DNA of 64,000 nucleotides from Mytilus edulis (Eukaryota): NCBI RefSeq assembly GCF_963676685.1, contig NC_092357.1, positions 55,924,001 to 55,988,000 of the forward strand, read 5' to 3'. Shown piece by piece: positions 61,701 to 64,000 of this stretch (position 1 is its first letter; each line of letters starts with the position of its first letter). The notes under the pieces were generated by a model. It saw only the letters and a program-made list of their open reading frames with translations, ran no database searches and was not told where the DNA came from. The position numbers and the translations under genes were made by a program.

Positions 61701-63044
61701 ACATATATTGTAATTGTTATCAGATAGATGGTTGTTAAAAAAAAAACATCAACGCAATTCTTCTTTTTATAAAGTTTACTATAAATTTATTTTTCAGCCA
61801 TGATTTTTAACGTCCACCGTGTAGGATTATTAAGAAACTTAATTATGTTAATTTAATACATTATGGAGATATCGGTATTCTATTTATTTAAAGATATGCT
61901 GAGAAAAGTTAAGAAACAGCAACATAATCTAAAGATTTTATAAAAATATTAAAATGGACAAACAGCATCAAATTTCATATATTCAGGGTACAAAAATGTT
62001 ATAATAAATATAAATTTTTAGCACTCGTGATCAAATTCTATGCTTCATTATGTTTTACAAAAGCACACTTTTACAAAATTCTATATTATATCAAACATGA
62101 GATATTTAGGATAAAGAAATAAAAAAAAAAATTCAATGTGGCCATTTCATAAAACATATTTTTTAAGTTAAAAACCTACGGCCACACATGCTTATTGGTC
62201 TTTTATTATGCAGTGAATACGATTTTTTTTCAGAAAATCATTTTCACTTTTAATTTTGTTTTTATATTAAATATTTCTTATTAAATATTTAATATTTTTC
62301 CCCAGCTGATTAATTCCTTAATTTGGGAAAATATATTTTTTTGATACTGATTTTTGTCCAATAGATAGATACTTTATTCTCTAAAAACTACAGTTTAGCG
62401 AGAAACATAGAATATGGATACTGATAAAATAGTTGAGGTAAACAAATACAGTCAGATATTGTTAAAGTACAAAATTATGATGGCATACATGTTAAGTAAC
62501 ATGTATAATTAAAGGTTGAACTCAATAGAAAGGGAAAAAAAAAGATCAGTAAGTTTTTTATGCGATTACATTTACGCTGAGGGACATACTTGTTTTTATT
62601 AATACACAGTTTGTTTTTTTCTATTAATCACACTGTTCATATACATTGACTTAAGTACGGTATACAAAAGAGCAACTTAAATTAAGGATTACAAATACGA
62701 CCTTGCTACCTATATTTAAAACCTGATGAACTAAGAAAAAGATTAAATTGAAGGCTCTTCTATTCAACTTTCTTCATCATTGATATTCATAAATTTGATT
62801 GCCTCAATTATATTGGAGGTTAGCAAATTGTATATATCCTTTTTTTGCAATAAATACAAAAATTTGATAGCATTTGGCTGAAGATGTACATTCACTTACT
62901 TTTAAAGCCTTGTGGATATGAACTATCTTTTTTAGCAATTTCTTTTATCTCTGTCAACATTTCAATGTAATTATCATTAAATTTGCTGACTTTCAACTCG
63001 TTACACTTATGCCGAAATTCTTTACCTCCTAGCCGTACGATAGC
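55766..63044 (-). CDS. Multi-exon gene fragment encoding DZIP3/hRUL138-like HEPN modules (5' end outside window)
   Basis: Phase-compatible GT-AG exons 63044-62900 (AIVRLGGKEF..), 60526-60511, 60323-60264, 58142-57892 (EEANFLLIAHLLLKIAPHAIRIIFDEEFHP..QWDKLFP), 57322-57108 (STAFDLSLMIFLIR..FEEYWTAITD) and 55909-55766 (AIERIGGTDF..). These are typical DZIP3-like HEPN motifs. The two small linker exons are less certain. Confidence 0.75.
58430..58830 (+). mobile_element. Old degenerate retrozyme family 2 unit in an intron of the HEPN gene
   Basis: AAATGCGCATTTGGAGCA...CCACTGGATCGACACCTCTGCTGG...CAGCCCAGTAGCCAGTAC matches the 351-bp unit. Both hammerheads are decayed. Confidence 0.7.
59498..59898. 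mobile_element. Non-autonomous hairpin-ended element (Crypton-like)
   Basis: ~163-nt imperfect hairpin at 59498-59660 centred on CGAGTGAGCGTAGCGAACGAG, then the subterminal inverted pair TTATCGG (59663) / CCGATAA (59892). Same architecture as 2256-2989. Confidence 0.55.
61312..61530 (+). repeat. Abundant unclassified interspersed repeat (other copies ~6215, ~12899, ~37948, ~41460; inverted ~21480-21735, ~22800-23100, ~44330-44460)
   Basis: Recurring AAAGTAAAATCACAAAAATACTGAAC...AAACGAATGGA..AACTGTCATATTCCTGACTTGGTACAGG...AAAATGGTGGATT. Confidence 0.75.
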
Positions 63045-63162
63045 CTGTAAAAAAGAAATAATTGCCATTAGCTCTATAGCATCAGTATACTTTATTTGAT
63101 TGTGGATTACACTGTTTTGTTCAAAGTGTATACATTAGCACAGCAGTATATATCAAAATATG

Positions 63163-63671
63163 AAGGCAAAACAACTTTTAGGTGAGATTTTGAAATGTGT
63201 GTTAGATGTTCGGACTCCTTGGTGTTTTTCCAAACTATACAAGGTAAAAATATTATGCCTAATAACTCACTTTTATCTTTTTCATATAAGACTTAATAGC
63301 TCATAATAGGTCATTTCCTTAAATTTAAACAGATTCTTGATTTATTTTCTTTAGATTTTTGACCCAAATAGTACAAATGCAAAAATAAAAGTATTACTGC
63401 ATTAAATACATTAAACTCGTCATGAAACTTTAAACGTTTTCATGTCTTCCAAAATTTGCAGGAAATAATGCAAGTCTTTGTCCAAGTAAAGATCAAACTA
63501 ATGTAAAATTACGGGTCAGCCTTTCCATATTTTAATAATCAAATATCTCAAAAATGAGCTCAATGACCTATCATTATCTTTTGCTTATTTTGATCCTTTA
63601 CTCACGCTCTTCCGTCTAATATCAAATATTTAAAGTTCTTGATTTATTTGATTTCACCTAAGTACATCCTT
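63163..63671. mobile_element. MITE of the same family as 1116-1518, opposite orientation
   Basis: Terminal TCACCTAAGTACATCCTT at 63654-63671; internal sequence is a reverse-complement homolog of 1116-1518. Confidence 0.65.
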
Positions 63672-64000
63672 TATACAAAGTTTCGGTTCCAGGTTTTCAT
63701 AAACATTTGTTCTAAATAAACTTCTTAAAAATCAAAACTGAATGTTTTTACTTCGAACCATCAGCAGTTTTATTCCAAAGGAGTTGGTTCAGTAAGACTC
63801 CTTTTTGACCCCAAAATATAGCAGTTTTACATAATTGTGAAAATGTAATCATTGAGCTATTTATTGGAAAGTAGAATGATTCTGCTACATAAATATGGGC
63901 TGTTTTTGACAATACAATGCTCACATATCGGGTACTTGAGGATGAACACGGATGCGGCCAAATAATTTGAAAAGTGACGATGTTTGGCATATTTGATAGA

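Noticed and set aside
1375-63990. Remaining 60-120-aa ORFs in the track (e.g. 1375, 5088, 29514, 48310, 54513)
   Set aside because: Low-complexity F/I/L/K-rich translations of AT-rich repeats or introns, with no motifs or splice support.

Overview
AT-rich eukaryotic genomic DNA, most likely from a bivalve (the repeat repertoire and ~350-nt retrozymes suggest Mytilus; this is inference). Contents: (1) A single-coding-exon gene for a small HYD1-type ADP-ribosyltransferase (581-937). (2) A minus-strand cluster of five paralogs of an unrecognised single-coding-exon gene family, created partly by a segmental duplication (~11.3-24.8 kb vs ~36.3-45.4 kb). Only the 311-aa copy at 41934-42869 looks intact. 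(3) The 3' part of a multi-exon minus-strand gene with DZIP3-like HEPN modules (55766-63044); the visible HEPN has lost its RxxxxH motif. (4) Two sequence families of non-LTR retrozymes with minimal type I hammerhead ribozymes, including a young 351-bp tandem array with four hammerheads (23562-24680) inserted into a Penelope-like RT remnant. (5) A 46 x 94-bp satellite (13382-17707) that starts just 3' of a hammerhead cleavage site and is single-copy in the paralogous segment. (6) A 5'-truncated RTE LINE with a TSD, plus Academ and Penelope remnants and many MITE/foldback elements. Most of the short ORFs in the supplied track are non-coding noise.
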